DNA of 63,966 bases, filler included, from Octopus bimaculoides (Eukaryota): NCBI RefSeq assembly GCF_001194135.2. It is 4 parts of 4 records of this genome, joined end to end, with 100 filler letters (N's around TTAATTAATTAA, not from the genome) between each part and the next. Parts side by side here need not be neighbours in the genome. Positions count along the whole stretch, not along the records: positions 61,216 to 62,819 come from NC_068999.1; positions 62,920 to 63,966 come from NW_026346046.1; 2 more parts are not named here. One strand, written 5' to 3'. The notes beneath the pieces are model-generated. The model did not search any database and had not been told where the DNA came from. It was given only the letters and a program-made list of their open reading frames with translations. Shown in pieces: positions 61,996 to 63,966 of this stretch; positions within the stretch are counted from its first letter, which is position 1, and each line of letters opens with the position of its first letter. Both the position numbers and the translations under genes were made by a program.

Positions 61996-62819
61996 TCATT
62001 CTTGAATTAGTAGAAGACCAGGCATAGTAAATTAATTTTGGTGGTGATTGATTAAAGAAACTACCTTGCAGGTTGGTCATCAACATTGATTTCTGTTGCA
62101 CTTAAATTATGTAATGCATAAATTCTAGTGAAGCATTTAATTTGACTCCTACATGTGCTGTCATATATATATATGTAGATATATATATATATATGTATAT
62201 CAATTGATCATCAGGGTCGATGACATCAGTTCATGTATATATTTATATGTGTGTGTGTATATATCTTTATATGCACATTCTCGCATAAAAAAAACACAAT
62301 ATACATGTATGTTTTGTGCTAGCATGTAAATGTGTATTTTTCCTTGTATATTCATGTGTAAAATTACATTGGGAATTACAGTAAGGTTAAGATCTATCAT
62401 ATTTTCTTTCAATTGTTTATTTTTAATGTTTGTTCATTTACTTTATTTCAGTTGTAGCTGTTGTTAGTAATTTATATACATATACATGTATATATATGTG
62501 TATATACATACACACATACACATGTATATTATACACACACCATTTGACTAGTTGATTTCTGTAGTTTCTTTTGTCATTATAATTGTTATGGTTATTATTA
62601 TTATTAATATTAATATTAATATTAATTTTCCTATTGCGAGATCCAATCATTGACGTGCCACTCACACAAAAAATATGGAAAAAAAAAAATTTTTTTTTTT
62701 AAATTAAAAAAAATATTAACAATTTCTTCTTATTTGAAGTCAGGTAGTCTATTTGTTAAAAGATTGTTTTTCTTAACGTTTATCTTCCTTTCTTCTCCCA
62801 ACCCCCTCACCATCCCATA

Positions 62820-62919
62820 NNNNNNNNNNNNNNNNNNNNNNNNNNNNNNNNNNNNNNNNNNNNTTAATTAATTAANNNNNNNNNNNNNNNNNNNNNNNNN
62901 NNNNNNNNNNNNNNNNNNN
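62820..62919. other. Artificial scaffold join with TTAATTAATTAA linker
   Basis: 44 N + 12-mer + 44 N. Confidence 0.95.
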
Positions 62920-63700
62920 GATGATGATGATAATGAGGAGGAGGAGGTGGAGGAGGCGAAAGAAGAGGAAGCGGAGGAGGAAGAGATGGGGGATGAGAAT
63001 GTGGGGTGGCGAAGGAAGGAGAGAAGGGGATGGAGAGGAGGAGGAGGAGGGGATGGTGATGCTGATGATGATGATGATAATGATTGTCTCGGTGGTGGCT
63101 CCTGCTGCGGTGGTGCCTGTTTCTAGTGGTAATATTTGTTTTCAGCTCTAACGCTGTTGGTAATGATGATGATGATGATGACGATGATGATGATGCTATT
63201 GCTGCTACTGATGATGATGATGATGATGCTATTGCTGCTACTGATGATGATGATGATGGTAGCGTCGGCGGTGGTCGTCGTGTCGGCGGTGGTTATGCAA
63301 GATATATCTAAGCTGTTGCGTCTCATTGATGGTTGCACAGTGACTCGAATACGACTTTCCGCTACTACAGCCATCACATCGACAACCACCGCTACCACTC
63401 CACTACCACTAACACCACCACCACAACCACCAACAACAATATCACCACCACCACTACTGCCACCACCACCACTGTCAACCCCACCAACACTGCCATCACC
63501 TCGGCCACCACAATCACCAAACCACTCATGTTCACTCCGACCACCTGTCACACCGCTTCCATCTCTTCTGTGGCAACCACTAACACTACTACAACACCTA
63601 CTGTCAATCAAACAGCTAAGACCACTAACGTCACCATTCGCATCACTTCACGCCGTACTACCACCGCAACACAACCAAAGCTACCACAACCATTGACACA
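62920..63700. repeat. Low-complexity trinucleotide mosaic (GAG/GAT, then CAC/ACC/ACT)
   Basis: Directly visible; includes a 33-bp tandem duplication at about 63190-63258. Confidence 0.85.
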
Positions 63701-63737
63701 ACCATCGAGAAGTCCTATACTCTTTTTACTCTTTTAC

Positions 63738-63966
63738 ATGTTTTGACTGCGGCCATGCTCGAGCAAATCGACCCCAGGACTTATTCTTTGGAAGCCTAGT
63801 ACTTATTCTATCGGTCTTTTTTGCCGAACCGCTAAGTTACGGGGACGTAAACACACCAGCATCGGTTGTCAAGCGATGCTAGGGGGGGACAAACACAAAC
63901 ACACAAACACACAAACATACACACACACATATATAAACATATATACGACGGGCTTCTTTCAGTTTC
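63738..63966 (-). mobile_element. SINE family A, reverse copy continuing past the window end
   Basis: TTTGACTGCGGCCATGCT...CCGCTAAGTTACGGGGACGTAAACACACCAGCATCGG...ACGACGGGCTTCTTTCAGTTTC. Confidence 0.9.

Overview
AT-rich eukaryotic genomic DNA, not prokaryotic. It is intronic or intergenic in character and saturated with microsatellites. It has 19 N-gaps (about 7 kb in total), most abutting simple repeats. The repeat families and microsatellite load look like a coleoid cephalopod, most likely Octopus (inference from recalled repeat sequences, not verified). No complete host gene is recognisable, and most ORFs in the supplied track are microsatellite or N artefacts. Supported content: (1) many copies of three tRNA-headed SINE-like families (A, B, C) and one unclassified ~190-bp repeat (D); (2) five R4/Dong-type RLE LINE fragments, two of them stacked in one (TAA)n array; (3) an RTE-type LINE 3' end; (4) two Penelope-like element remnants (RT plus GIY-YIG, and GIY-YIG only); (5) a hAT transposase remnant and a probable Helitron fragment; (6) two foldback (long inverted repeat) elements; (7) a 175-bp inverted duplication across a gap; (8) three artificial TTAATTAATTAA scaffold linkers. 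The most interesting signal is a set of minimal hammerhead-ribozyme-like motifs. One lies downstream of a Penelope GIY-YIG remnant. Another is carried by a ~190-bp non-coding element present twice, each time embedded in TA repeats (retrozyme-like). Several splice-site-bounded open segments are weak candidate host exons.
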